Origin: an uncultured Tissierellia bacterium
GTDB taxonomy: Bacteria; Bacillota; Clostridia; Tissierellales; Tissierellaceae
DNA length: 64,000 nucleotides
NCBI GenBank assembly: GCA_946402705.1
Contig: CAMIXG010000005.1
Location: 31,506 to 95,505, forward strand
Direction: 5' to 3'
Shown one piece after another: positions 29,971-39,785 of this stretch. The number at the start of each line of letters is the position of its first letter. Positions within the stretch are counted from its first letter, which is position 1. A model generated the notes under the pieces. It was not told the DNA's origin. It saw only the letters and a list, made by a program, of their open reading frames with translations, and did not search any database. Position numbers and translations under genes: made by a program.

Positions 29971-30537
29971 ATGCATCAATATAAGGGGAAATTAATAGTT
30001 CATACAGGCTCTATGTTTTCAGGAAAAACATCAAGTTTAGAAAAAGATGTCAGTAGATTTAAAATAGCCGGATATAGGGTTATGGCTTTTAAACCAGTTG
30101 TAGATGATAGGTACTCTAAGACAAATATCGTAACTCATAATAATACTAATATAGAGGCAGTAGCAATCGAAACAGTAGATGATATCATAAGCTATTGTAG
30201 GAGGGAAAATCCTCAAGTTATAGCTATTGATGAAGTTCAGTTTTTAAAGGGGAAGCTAAGTATTATTTTAGAAAACTTAAACACCCTTTTAAATGAAGGA
30301 AAAACTATAGTTGTTGCAGGGCTAGACATGGATTTTTCAGGTAAACCCTTTGAAATAGTTAAAGAATTGATGCCTATATCTGACTATTTACACAAGCACC
30401 ATGCAGTTTGTGTAAACTGTGGTACAGATGCCTGGATAAGTAATAGAAAGGTAAAACAAGAGGAAAGAATAGTTATAGGTACCTTAAATGAGTATGAACC
30501 ATTATGTAGAAAGTGTTTTTTAGAAAAGGTAAAATAG
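29971..30537 (+). CDS. tdk: Thymidine kinase
   Basis: P-loop GSMFSGKT, IAIDEVQF, and a C-terminal zinc motif CVNCG..C..C. Confidence 0.92.
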   Translation: MHQYKGKLIVHTGSMFSGKTSSLEKDVSRFKIAGYRVMAFKPVVDDRYSKTNIVTHNNTNIEAVAIETVDDIISYCRRENPQVIAIDEVQFLKGKLSIILENLNTLLNEGKTIVVAGLDMDFSGKPFEIVKELMPISDYLHKHHAVCVNCGTDAWISNRKVKQEERIVIGTLNEYEPLCRKCFLEKVK

Positions 30538-30550
30538 AAAGGATTTTATT

Positions 30551-31381
30551 ATGGATTATGTAAAATTTGAACCAGCTAAGGTGGAACTTTGTGAGAAAAG
30601 TGAAAGGGATGAATTTTACCTATTTAATAATCAATATATCCTACTTAGTAACAAGGATGGATATATTTTGCCAACTAGAAAAGATGTAGAAAAATATGGT
30701 ATAGATATAACTACTATGGATTGTATAGCTAGTTATAAAAATAGAAATTGTTATACTGGCAAGGTAGCTGAAAATGTGGAAAATGATGAATTAAAATTTG
30801 TTCATCTAAGGGAATATGTAGAAAATGTAAAAGATGAAAATAGATTTCAGCTTGCATCTAGAGCATCTATGTTAAAGGATTTTAGAGATAAAAATCAGGT
30901 TTGTAGTAGATGTGGTTCAGAAGTTGCATTCCCTCTAAATAGAAATGATAGGGTTATAAAATGTACAAATTGTAATCAGGCGATTTGGCCCACAAATTCA
31001 CCAGCAGTTATAGTAGCTGTCATAAGGGTTGATAAACTACTCTTAGTTAAAGACAAATATAATAACAGTGGAGAATTTGGAGTTATATCTGGATTTTTAG
31101 ACTTGGGAGAAACCTTTGAAGATGCTGTTAGAAGGGAAGTCTTAGAGGAAACTGGAATTAAGATAAAAAATATAAAATATTTTGGATCTCAGCCTTGGGC
31201 TTTTCCAAATTCTATGATGACAGGATTTGTTGCAGAATACTTAAGTGGAGAACTAAGGGCTGATGGTAGTGAAATCTTAGAGGCAAAATGGTTTACCAAG
31301 ATGGAGGTACTAGAGGACTATAGGGTTTCAAGAAGTATAGGAACAAAGTTAATAGATTATTTTCTAGAAAATAATATTTAA
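30551..31381 (+). CDS. nudC: NAD(+) diphosphatase NudC (NUDIX with zinc ribbon)
   Basis: Zinc ribbon CSRCG..CTNC, then Nudix box GFLDLGETFEDAVRREVLEETG, with the typical SQPWAFPNS motif downstream. Confidence 0.85.
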   Translation: MDYVKFEPAKVELCEKSERDEFYLFNNQYILLSNKDGYILPTRKDVEKYGIDITTMDCIASYKNRNCYTGKVAENVENDELKFVHLREYVENVKDENRFQLASRASMLKDFRDKNQVCSRCGSEVAFPLNRNDRVIKCTNCNQAIWPTNSPAVIVAVIRVDKLLLVKDKYNNSGEFGVISGFLDLGETFEDAVRREVLEETGIKIKNIKYFGSQPWAFPNSMMTGFVAEYLSGELRADGSEILEAKWFTKMEVLEDYRVSRSIGTKLIDYFLENNI

Positions 31382-31405
31382 ACAAGAGCCTAGCTCTTGT
31401 TTTTT
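31381..31405 (+). terminator. Rho-independent terminator after nudC
   Basis: The stem aacaagagc / gctcttgtt is followed by tttt. Confidence 0.7.
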
Positions 31406-31488
31406 CTAGTCTACATATAAGGATAAAAGGGTATAATAAAATTAGCAAAAATTTAAGAATGATTTTAACAGATATGGAGAGTGGCAAA

Positions 31489-31869
31489 ATGGACGTAAAA
31501 GAATTTTATAATGGAAAACCTTTGTTTCATATTCTTGAAAAAGAGCCTGTGATATCTCACTATAGATATGATAGAGGTAAGGAAAATGAAAATGAAAAAT
31601 ATAGGGAAATAACATATTTTTTAACAGATATACATTTGATAAGAGTAACTGCCCAGCATCATAAAATAAAGGTTGAGAAGTGGAGAATTGATGATTTTAA
31701 GAAGATAGAAAAAGAGTATGAGATAAGAATGTTTAACACAATTGAGTCCTTATATTCAACTCAAGTCAATATAACTACATCTAAAGAAATCATAACTATT
31801 CCAATACCAGATGAGCTTACAAGAAGAGAACAAATGAATAATTTTATAGAACTTATAAAACACTTATAA
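31489..31869 (+). CDS. Hypothetical protein (about 126 aa)
   Basis: An ORF with RBS ggagag 8 nt upstream of ATG 31489 (the track start is 31459). No recognisable motif. Confidence 0.5.
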   Translation: MDVKEFYNGKPLFHILEKEPVISHYRYDRGKENENEKYREITYFLTDIHLIRVTAQHHKIKVEKWRIDDFKKIEKEYEIRMFNTIESLYSTQVNITTSKEIITIPIPDELTRREQMNNFIELIKHL

Positions 31870-31870
31870 T

Positions 31871-31909
31871 ATAAAGGGTTAGATTATATTTCATAATCTA
31901 ACCCTTTAT
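31871..31909. terminator. Bidirectional terminator between convergent genes
   Basis: A perfect 17-bp stem ataaagggttagattat / ataatctaaccctttat with an atttc loop. Confidence 0.8.
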
Positions 31910-31910
31910 A

Positions 31911-32828
31911 TTATTTTATACTTTCTGCAACTTTGATTACTTCTGTTTTATTGAGTGCCTTTTGACCTAAAATACTTAAAATAGTATCATCTATTTCCAT
32001 ATCTATATTTCTATTATTGCTTAAAATCGCTTTATTACCATTAAGATTAATCTCTTCTACATTAAACCCACCAGATTCAAAAGAATTTTTATCAGATGCT
32101 AATCTCTCAGAGATGGAAAATTCATCCTTACCATTAGTGTATTCAAGACTACAATACTCAGAACTAATATCACCGTTTTTATCCTTAAAAAGAACTACTC
32201 TTTTCAAATTATAGCCATCAGGTAGATAAGATGGAATTTTCAAATCAAATATCAATTTGGATTTAGCAAAATTTAAATCATCTGTATAGTAAAAGTCATC
32301 TTCAGAAGTATCATCTGACTTTTCCAAATTTATAGTTTGTCCATTTAAGTTTATAGTTTTTAACAAGTTACCATCTTTATCATAGATGTCGCTATTTGGG
32401 TAGATAAACTTAAGTTCATGTCCATCTTTATCAAATAAAGTACCAGCCAAGTCATCAGGAACCCTATTATCGAAATCTTCTTCTTCAACAGTTACATAGT
32501 TTAGTGAGAAAACTTGTTTGATTTTAGTATATACATTTTGGGCGAAGCCTGTTTGTATACTTGTAATACCAATTAGTGTAGCTAGACCAATACCAGCAAT
32601 TTTTTTATTAAGTTTCATATCTATATTCTCCTTATTTTTAGTATTAAATAATTTATTATAAGAAGCTTCTTTGTTTCCAATTTTAATATTTTTGTTAGAG
32701 TCGACTATATTTTTACTAAAATGGAAAAGTTCTAATTCTTCATCATCTAATTCTTCAGTTAAATAAGTGTTATTATCATCTTCCATATATTTATCTAAGA
32801 GATTAAAAAACTTTTTATTATCTTTCAT
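31911..32828 (-). CDS. Membrane anti-sigma factor with a DUF4367-like extracytoplasmic domain
   Basis: It overlaps and follows the ECF sigma gene. It has a single TM segment (IAGIGLATLIGITSI) and a C-terminal PSYLPDGYNLKRV..EINLNGNKAIL pattern typical of DUF4367. ATG 32828 is preferred over the track's GTG 32837. Confidence 0.7.
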   Translation of the reverse strand: MKDNKKFFNLLDKYMEDDNNTYLTEELDDEELELFHFSKNIVDSNKNIKIGNKEASYNKLFNTKNKENIDMKLNKKIAGIGLATLIGITSIQTGFAQNVYTKIKQVFSLNYVTVEEEDFDNRVPDDLAGTLFDKDGHELKFIYPNSDIYDKDGNLLKTINLNGQTINLEKSDDTSEDDFYYTDDLNFAKSKLIFDLKIPSYLPDGYNLKRVVLFKDKNGDISSEYCSLEYTNGKDEFSISERLASDKNSFESGGFNVEEINLNGNKAILSNNRNIDMEIDDTILSILGQKALNKTEVIKVAESIK

Positions 32829-33384
32829 ATTTATCACTCTCCATTATAGTTTTTAACTTTTTTATAGATCTATATAATATAGTTCCTACATTGGTTTCTG
32901 ATAGCTTTAGAATCTGAGCAATTTCTTTATTTTTAAGTTCAGCACCAAATTTATAGGATACTATATTTTGTTCAATAGGATTTAGTTTATTCAGTGCCTT
33001 AAGTAAGGCTTGGTTGTCTTCACAAGAAAGCATGTGATTTTCAACATCAGATTTAGACACAAGTATATTATCAAAATCATCTATATCTAAGAAAGTTTTA
33101 TTTTTTCTAGATTTAAAATAATCATAAAGGCAATTACGCGAAATGGTAAATATCCATGGTTCTATTGAGGAGGATTTATCGTAAGAATCAATATTTATAA
33201 TTATTTTTTCAAATACCATAGATGATAGTTCTTCTGATAGATATACATTATTAGTTCTATATAGAAAAAATCTATAGATCCTATCATAATATTTTTCAAA
33301 AATTTGATTTAAAAGTTTTTCCTTTTTTTTCTCTTCCTTTTTCTTTATAAAGGAAAGGGAAAAGTTTAAAACGTTATTATACAT
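32818..33384 (-). CDS. ECF-type RNA polymerase sigma-70 family factor
   Basis: Region 2 (YDRIYRFFLYRT..SEELSSMVFEKI, EPWIFTISRNCLYDYF) and a region 4 helix-turn-helix (NKEIAQILKLSETNVGTILYRSIKKL). ATG 33384 is preferred because RBS ggagg lies 5 nt upstream. Confidence 0.88.
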   Translation of the reverse strand: MYNNVLNFSLSFIKKKEEKKKEKLLNQIFEKYYDRIYRFFLYRTNNVYLSEELSSMVFEKIIINIDSYDKSSSIEPWIFTISRNCLYDYFKSRKNKTFLDIDDFDNILVSKSDVENHMLSCEDNQALLKALNKLNPIEQNIVSYKFGAELKNKEIAQILKLSETNVGTILYRSIKKLKTIMESDKYER

Positions 33385-33453
33385 TATTACCTCCAAAACC
33401 TAGCTAAGTTTCTCTCCTCATTAGTTAATACGATTGAAATTAGATTTCATCAC

Positions 33454-33490
33454 AAAAAAAGACAAAGTTTTTTTAATAAAAACTTTGTCT
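33454..33490 (-). terminator. Rho-independent terminator after rodA/ftsW (minus strand)
   Basis: The stem agacaaagttttt / aaaaactttgtct carries a T-run on the minus strand (A-run 33454-33460 on the plus strand). Confidence 0.8.
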
Positions 33491-33495
33491 GATAT

Positions 33496-34605
33496 TTAAA
33501 ATCTTAAATTTTCTCTATGAACTGCTACACTAAGTGCGATACCTACAGATACTAGATTTACAAGTTGGAAGGTACCACCATGACTTATAAATGGTAAAGG
33601 TATACCAGTTATAGGCATTACACCTATGGTCATACCTATGTTTTCAAATATATGGAAAACTAGTATGGCTGCAAATCCAATTACCATTAGGGAACCAAAT
33701 AAATCTGTACTCTCCCTAGCTATTTCTATCAATCGTTTTAAAAACAGAAAATATAAAACGATTAGAAAAAATCCACCAACAAATCCAAGCTCTTCTCCAA
33801 TAACTGAGAAAATAAAGTCATCTTGTTTTTGTGGTATATAATCATATTGGGTTTGGACTCCTTTAAATAACCCCCTACCCCAAAACTTTCCAGAACCTAT
33901 AGCTATTCTACCCTGCATAGCTTGATAACCAGTGTTAGAAGCATCTCTAGCTGGATCTAAAAAGTTAAAAATCCTATCTTTTTGATACTTATCTAGCCTA
34001 AGCCATAAAACTGGAAGGGATAAAACTCCTGCTAGGGCAGCATATCCAATGTACTTCCAGTCTAAACCTGCTGCAAATAACATAGCAGCTATGAAAAAGA
34101 CAAATACCATTGCAGTACCAGCATCTGGTTGTAATAAGATAAGTAGAACTGGTAAAAATGCAAAACCTAATATTTTAAGTAAGGTAAAGGGTTCATTTAA
34201 ACTTTCCTTATTCATATCTATAAATTTAGCCAGTGAAATTATTAGACCTATCTTTACAAACTCTGATGGCTGAAAGGTAACTGGACCAAGTTTTAACCAG
34301 GATCTAGCTCCCCAACTCTCAGCTCCAATACCAAAAAATAGAACTAAGACTAATAAGATGTTAGAAGCTATATAAATAGGAAGATAGAAATCTCCTAAAA
34401 TTTGATAGTCAAAAAACATTAAAACAAATATAATACCAAAACCCAGTATGGTAGATATAAGTTGTGTTTTTACAATTTTTATTCCATTGTCAAGACTAAG
34501 GGTAGCGCTATAAAGCATTAATAAACCAAATAGACATAGGGCTAAGGTTGTAAAAAATAATTTATAGTCAAAACGCTTTTCAAGTTTATTTTTTAAGTTA
34601 ATCAT
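33496..34605 (-). CDS. SEDS-family peptidoglycan glycosyltransferase (RodA/FtsW/SpoVE)
   Basis: About 10 TM helices and the conserved blocks QPSEFVKI, LQPDAGTA, DDFIFSVIGEELGF and PITGIPLPFISHGG. Confidence 0.9.
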   Translation of the reverse strand: MINLKNKLEKRFDYKLFFTTLALCLFGLLMLYSATLSLDNGIKIVKTQLISTILGFGIIFVLMFFDYQILGDFYLPIYIASNILLVLVLFFGIGAESWGARSWLKLGPVTFQPSEFVKIGLIISLAKFIDMNKESLNEPFTLLKILGFAFLPVLLILLQPDAGTAMVFVFFIAAMLFAAGLDWKYIGYAALAGVLSLPVLWLRLDKYQKDRIFNFLDPARDASNTGYQAMQGRIAIGSGKFWGRGLFKGVQTQYDYIPQKQDDFIFSVIGEELGFVGGFFLIVLYFLFLKRLIEIARESTDLFGSLMVIGFAAILVFHIFENIGMTIGVMPITGIPLPFISHGGTFQLVNLVSVGIALSVAVHRENLRF

Positions 34606-34716
34606 AAGACTCTCCTTTGTTAAATTCTAGAGTAATTATATCATATAATATTAAATAGTATCATTAAATCTTAAAAATAATATGTTATTATAGATATATA
34701 GACGGAAGGTGGTTTT

Positions 34717-35547
34717 ATGTTGAATATAGGTTGTCATATGTCTATTTCAAATGGTATGGATAAGGCAGCAATTGAAATTATGGAAATGGGTGGAAATACC
34801 TTTCAATTTTTCACTAGAAATCCTAGAGGTGGAAGGGCAAGAGAATTAAAGGAAAAAGAACTGGAAAAGTTAAAAACCTTTACTAAGGAAAATAGTTTTG
34901 CAGGATTATTAGCCCATAGTGCCTATACGATGAATCGGTGTTCAGACAAAGAAGAGGTTAGAGAATTTGCAAAAAACCTTTTAGCAGATGATATAAGAAA
35001 GCTAAATCAAATAGAGATAGCAAATTTAGTATTTCACCCAGGGTCCCATGTGGGACAAGGTACTAGTAAAGGTATAGAATATATAGTTGATGGTTTAAAT
35101 CAGGTTATAGATAAAGATACAAAGGCTACTATACTTTTAGAGACCATGTCTGGAAAGGGAACAGAGATAGGTAGAAGCTTTGAAGAGTTAAGAAGCATAA
35201 TAGCTGGAGTTAAATACAATGAAAATTTAGGAATATGCTTGGATACCTGTCATGCATACTCAGCAGGATACGATATTGTAAATGATCTAGATGGGGTTTT
35301 AAAAAAATTCGATAAGATTATAGGCTTGGAAAAACTTAAGGCCATACATTTAAATGATAGTATGACAGAGTTTGCTTCTAATAAGGATAGGCATGCTAAA
35401 ATAGGAGAAGGCAGTTTGGGATTAGATGCCTTTATCAGGATTATAAATCATCCAGCCTTAAAAAATTTACCCTATAGTTTGGAAACACCAAATGATAAAG
35501 AGGGATACATGGAAGAAATTAAGCTGTTAAAATCAAATTTTAAGTAG
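34717..35547 (+). CDS. nfo: Deoxyribonuclease IV (endonuclease IV)
   Basis: TIM-barrel AP endonuclease 2 motifs: FHPGSH, LETMSGKG, CLDTCH and HLNDS..GSNKDRH-like. Confidence 0.9.
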   Translation: MLNIGCHMSISNGMDKAAIEIMEMGGNTFQFFTRNPRGGRARELKEKELEKLKTFTKENSFAGLLAHSAYTMNRCSDKEEVREFAKNLLADDIRKLNQIEIANLVFHPGSHVGQGTSKGIEYIVDGLNQVIDKDTKATILLETMSGKGTEIGRSFEELRSIIAGVKYNENLGICLDTCHAYSAGYDIVNDLDGVLKKFDKIIGLEKLKAIHLNDSMTEFASNKDRHAKIGEGSLGLDAFIRIINHPALKNLPYSLETPNDKEGYMEEIKLLKSNFK

Positions 35548-35554
35548 GTAGAAT

Positions 35555-36571
35555 ATGGATTTAAATAAAGTAGTAAAAAATATATGCAGGGAAATAGGTG
35601 TGGAAATTTGTGGCATTACAAATTATGAAAGTGTAGATAAAACAAGGTTAGACTGGTTAGAGACTAGAAAAACTTTAGGGTATGATACTGAGTTTGAAGA
35701 AGATGATTTAAAAAGAAGGCTGGATAAAAATGCAGTTTTAGAAAATGCTAACTCTATAATAGTGATTGGATTACCCTATAACACAGGTGAGTATGATTTG
35801 GATATTTATCCAAGGGGGAAGCTATCTAGATCATCATATGGAGAAGATTATCATATAGTTGTGAAAGAGAGACTTGAAAAATTAAAGGATGAACTTTTAA
35901 AATTTGTAGAATTTGATTATAAAATATATGCTGACACAGGACCACTAATAGATAGAGAATTAGCCTATCAGGCAGGACTTGGGTACTATGGAAAGAATTG
36001 TTCAATAATAAATGAAGAGTATGGTTCATTTATATTTATTGGATACATGCTTACAAATTTAAATATAAGAGAAGATGAGCAAGTGGATAACCAGTGTGGG
36101 TCATGCACCTTATGTTTAGAGGCTTGTCCTACTAAGGCCTTATATGAACCATATAGGGTAAATGCCAAAAAATGTGTATCCTATCTAACACAGTCAAAAG
36201 AGATAGATGAAAACCTAATAGAAAAAATAGGCTCCAGAGTTTATGGCTGTGATACTTGCCAAGATATATGCCCTAAAAATAGGTATGCCAAAAAATCTAA
36301 GGAAAAAAGTTTTATACCAGTAAAGACAAGGGGCTATATAGATATAGTAGAGTTTTTAAAATTTAGTAATAAAGAATTTAAAGAAAAATATGGAAGTATG
36401 GCAGGAAGCTGGAGGGGAAAAAATACCTTAAAAAGAAATTGTATAATAGTCCTTGAAAATTTAAAAGATGATAAGTTTCTTGATTTAATAGATAAGGAAA
36501 CTAAAAATGAAAGTGATTTAATATCTAAAAGAGCCAAGAAGGCAATTGAAAAAATAGAAGGTGAGATATGA
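35555..36571 (+). CDS. queG: tRNA epoxyqueuosine reductase QueG (cobalamin- and 4Fe-4S-dependent)
   Basis: GLGYYGKNCSIINEEYGSFIF plus two ferredoxin clusters, CGSCTLCLEACP and CDTCQDICP, and C-terminal HEAT-like repeats. Confidence 0.88.
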   Translation: MDLNKVVKNICREIGVEICGITNYESVDKTRLDWLETRKTLGYDTEFEEDDLKRRLDKNAVLENANSIIVIGLPYNTGEYDLDIYPRGKLSRSSYGEDYHIVVKERLEKLKDELLKFVEFDYKIYADTGPLIDRELAYQAGLGYYGKNCSIINEEYGSFIFIGYMLTNLNIREDEQVDNQCGSCTLCLEACPTKALYEPYRVNAKKCVSYLTQSKEIDENLIEKIGSRVYGCDTCQDICPKNRYAKKSKEKSFIPVKTRGYIDIVEFLKFSNKEFKEKYGSMAGSWRGKNTLKRNCIIVLENLKDDKFLDLIDKETKNESDLISKRAKKAIEKIEGEI

Positions 36572-36849
36572 TAGTTGGAATAGTTGAGATGGAAATATAT
36601 ATTTATGAGGTAAATTCATTAAAAGAAAAAAGACAGGTAGTAAAAAGTTTAATAGAGAGACTTAAAAACAAACATAATATTTCAATTGCAGAAATAGGAG
36701 ATTTGGAGCTTTGGAATAAATTAGTTTTGGGAATTAGTGTAGTTAGTAACAGTAAACTTATTGTAGAAAAGAGTATAGAAAGCATAAGAAGTTTTGTAGA
36801 AAATGATCATAGAGTTGAAATTGTAAATACCATAGTAGATATAGCATAG
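36568..36849 (+). CDS. DUF503 (YlxP-like) family protein
   Basis: 93 aa starting with an ATGA overlap on queG. The SLKEKRQVVKSLIERLKNK pattern is typical of DUF503. Confidence 0.7.
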   Translation: MIVGIVEMEIYIYEVNSLKEKRQVVKSLIERLKNKHNISIAEIGDLELWNKLVLGISVVSNSKLIVEKSIESIRSFVENDHRVEIVNTIVDIA

Positions 36850-36859
36850 GAGGAAAAAA

Positions 36860-37501
36860 GTGGCGAAAATGCTAAGTAAGAAAAAGATAAGTGAAGTACT
36901 AGACCTATTAGAAGAAAGGTTTCCAGATGCAAAAGCAGAGCTTGATCATAAAAATCCATTTGAACTTTTAATAGCGACAATATTATCAGCACAATGTACA
37001 GATGTTAGAGTAAACAAGGTTACAAAGGATTTATTTGATGAACTAAAGACTCCAGAAGATTATTTGGAGTTATCTCAAGAGGAGCTAGGACTTAAAATAA
37101 AGTCATGTGGTTTTTATAATATGAAGAGTAAAAACATTTTGGGAGCATGTGAGCTTTTGGTTAGAGAATTTAATTCTAAGGTACCAGAAACCATAGAAGA
37201 ACTAGAAACACTACCAGGAGTTGGAAGAAAAACTGCAAATGTTGTAGCTAGTGTAGCCTTTGGAGTACCAGCAATAGCTGTAGATACACATGTCTTTAGG
37301 GTCTCAAATAGAATAGGACTGGCAAATGCTAAAAATGTTGAACAAACAGAAGTTCAGCTTATGAAAAATATAGATAAGGGAAGATGGACTAAAGCACATC
37401 ATCTATTAATTTTTCAAGGCAGAAGAGTTTGTAAATCACAAAGACCACTTTGTGAAGAGTGTGATGTAAAGGAATTTTGTAATTTTTATAATAAAAAATA
37501 G
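36860..37501 (+). CDS. nth: Endonuclease III
   Basis: HhH-GPD motif LPGVGRKTANVV, catalytic VDTHV, and a C-terminal 4Fe-4S loop CxxxxxxCxxCxxxxxC. Confidence 0.92.
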   Translation: MAKMLSKKKISEVLDLLEERFPDAKAELDHKNPFELLIATILSAQCTDVRVNKVTKDLFDELKTPEDYLELSQEELGLKIKSCGFYNMKSKNILGACELLVREFNSKVPETIEELETLPGVGRKTANVVASVAFGVPAIAVDTHVFRVSNRIGLANAKNVEQTEVQLMKNIDKGRWTKAHHLLIFQGRRVCKSQRPLCEECDVKEFCNFYNKK

Positions 37502-37510
37502 GGGGATTGT

Positions 37511-38416
37511 ATGCTGAAAAAGAGTAAGATTTTAGTAGTTTTAATGTTAGGCTTAGTTTTCTTAACATCCTGTGGAAATAATAAGGGTGGGGTTAGTCAA
37601 AACAAGGAAATAAAAATTGTAGATGATTTTGGAAATAAAGTAGCCCTAGATAAAGAAGTAAAAAAAATAGTTTCACTTAGCCCTAGCACTACAGAGGTTT
37701 TGTTTGCCCTAGGCTTAGATGAGAAAATAGTAGGGGTATCAGACTACTGTGATTATCCAGCAAAGGCACTTGAAAAAGAAAAAATAGGTGGGTTTGCAGA
37801 TGCAAACTTAGAAAAAATAATAGGACTTTCACCAGACTTGGTAGTAAGTGCAGGTGGTGAAAAAAAAGAGGCAAATGAAATCCTAAAAAATGCAAATATA
37901 GAAGTTGCAGTTTTTGACTCTGGCACAATAGAAGAAGTTTATTCTCAAATTGAAAGAATTGGAATACTTACAGGTAGGGAAGATGCAGCTGAAAAGTTAG
38001 TAGGAGATATGAAGAAAAAAGAAGCAGATATAGTTACTAGAGCTAAGGAAATAAAAAACAAGGAAAAAGTATTTTATGAGATTTGGCATGATCCTCTTAC
38101 AACAGCAGGTAAAGGCTCTTTTATGGATGAATTAATCACCTTATCAGGTGGAATCAATATAGCTGGGGATATGGATAAACCATATCCAGAAATAAGTGTT
38201 GAAAAATTAATTGAAGAAAATCCATCTATCTACCTAACAACAGATGGAGGAGTTGGAAAAACTGTAGAGACTATAAAAACTAGGGAAGGCTATGCAAATA
38301 TAGAAGCTGTAAAAAATGATAGAGTATATATATTAGATGCTAATATAGTCTCAAGACCAGGACCAAGAATAGTGGATGCACTTGAGATCGTATATGAGAT
38401 TATAAGTGAAAAGTAG
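37511..38416 (+). CDS. BtuF-like (Peripla_BP_2) ABC substrate-binding lipoprotein, cobalamin/iron-siderophore class, with no adjacent permease or ATPase
   Basis: Lipobox LTSCG, KIVSLSPSTTEVLFALGLDEKIVGVSDYCDYP and NPSIYL..RPGPRIVDAL motifs typical of BtuF-type proteins. The start lies 9 nt after nth. Confidence 0.75.
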   Translation: MLKKSKILVVLMLGLVFLTSCGNNKGGVSQNKEIKIVDDFGNKVALDKEVKKIVSLSPSTTEVLFALGLDEKIVGVSDYCDYPAKALEKEKIGGFADANLEKIIGLSPDLVVSAGGEKKEANEILKNANIEVAVFDSGTIEEVYSQIERIGILTGREDAAEKLVGDMKKKEADIVTRAKEIKNKEKVFYEIWHDPLTTAGKGSFMDELITLSGGINIAGDMDKPYPEISVEKLIEENPSIYLTTDGGVGKTVETIKTREGYANIEAVKNDRVYILDANIVSRPGPRIVDALEIVYEIISEK

Positions 38417-38477
38417 GAAAATTACATTGACTTAGGGGTTAAAAATGTAGTAGACTATTTACTTGGAAGGAGACAAT

Positions 38478-39287
38478 ATGGGATATAGATTAATAGCTAC
38501 AGATATGGATGGAACATTACTAGATAGTAATGGATTAATACCAGAAAAAAACTTTGAAGTTTTAAAACGAGCAGAAGAAAAAGGTATAATAGTAGTATTA
38601 TCTACAGGGAGACCATATATGTCTGCTAATTATCATGCGCAAAAATTAGGGCTTAAAAGTCCCATTATAAGTAGTAATGGAGCTGTAGTCCATGATATAG
38701 ATAGGAATATAGTATATGAAAGAACACTTTTAGATGATGTAATAATTAAAGTTTTAGATATATTAGAGCAAGAGGATATATATTATCATTTATATACTAT
38801 AAATGGGGTCTACTCAAAGACTATAAATAAAGAGATATTTACAAAATATTATGGCGACGAAAATGGCAATTTAGTAATTGAAACATTTAAATTTAATAAT
38901 TATAAAGATATATTATTTAAGGGCAAAAAGTTCAATAAAATTATTACCATAACTAATGACAATAATAAATTAAAGAACTTAAGGGCAAGATTAAGTGAAA
39001 TTAATGAAATAGAGGTAACAAGCTCTTTAAAAGATAATGTTGAAATTATGAGTAAACAAGTTTCAAAGAAGAATGCGTTAGAATATTTGTGCAGTGAACT
39101 TGAAATAAAATCTGATGAAATTTTAGCCATTGGAGACAATGGAAATGATTTAGATATGTTACTATATGCAGGGTGTAGTATAGCTATGGGAAATGCTATA
39201 GACATAGTAAAGGAAAAAGCAGATTATATAACTGATACAAATGATAATGACGGTTGGGCAAAGGCCATTGAGAAATTTATATTATAG
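38478..39287 (+). CDS. Cof-type HAD-IIB hydrolase
   Basis: IATDMDGTLL motif I, STGRP motif II, and GDNGNDLDML motif IV. ATG 38478 is preferred on RBS spacing. Confidence 0.85.
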   Translation: MGYRLIATDMDGTLLDSNGLIPEKNFEVLKRAEEKGIIVVLSTGRPYMSANYHAQKLGLKSPIISSNGAVVHDIDRNIVYERTLLDDVIIKVLDILEQEDIYYHLYTINGVYSKTINKEIFTKYYGDENGNLVIETFKFNNYKDILFKGKKFNKIITITNDNNKLKNLRARLSEINEIEVTSSLKDNVEIMSKQVSKKNALEYLCSELEIKSDEILAIGDNGNDLDMLLYAGCSIAMGNAIDIVKEKADYITDTNDNDGWAKAIEKFIL

Positions 39288-39299
39288 GAGTTGGAAGTA

Positions 39300-39767
39300 A
39301 TGGCATTAAATATAGTTATGGTTGAACCAGAGATACCGCACAATACAGGAAGTATAGCAAGAACTTGTGCTTTAACTGATACGGTATTACATCTAGTGAG
39401 GCCACTAGGGTTTTCTGTAGATGACAAACATTTAAAAAGGGCAGGATTAGATTATTGGCATTTAGTTGATATAAGGTATTATGATAGCTTTTTTGAGTTA
39501 TTGGATAAATATCCAGAATCTAATTTTTATTATGCTACAACTAAGGCTGAAAAACTATATACAGAGCCAGAATATAAAGAAGGCGATTTTATTGTATTTG
39601 GAAAAGAAACAAAGGGATTAAGCAAAGAAATTCTCGAAGGAAATGATGAGACTATGATAAAAATACCTATGAGAAGTGATGTTGCAAGGTCTTTAAATTT
39701 ATCCAATGCAGCAAATATAATAATATTTGAAGCTTATAGGCAAATTGGATTTCCATTTGAAAAATAA
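39300..39767 (+). CDS. trmL: tRNA (cytidine(34)-2'-O)-methyltransferase TrmL (SpoU/TrmH family)
   Basis: About 155 aa with the motifs VMVEPEIPHNTGSIARTC, VFGKETKGL and RSLNLSNAA. Confidence 0.85.
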   Translation: MALNIVMVEPEIPHNTGSIARTCALTDTVLHLVRPLGFSVDDKHLKRAGLDYWHLVDIRYYDSFFELLDKYPESNFYYATTKAEKLYTEPEYKEGDFIVFGKETKGLSKEILEGNDETMIKIPMRSDVARSLNLSNAANIIIFEAYRQIGFPFEK

Positions 39768-39785
39768 TAAAACAGGAGGGTGTAT

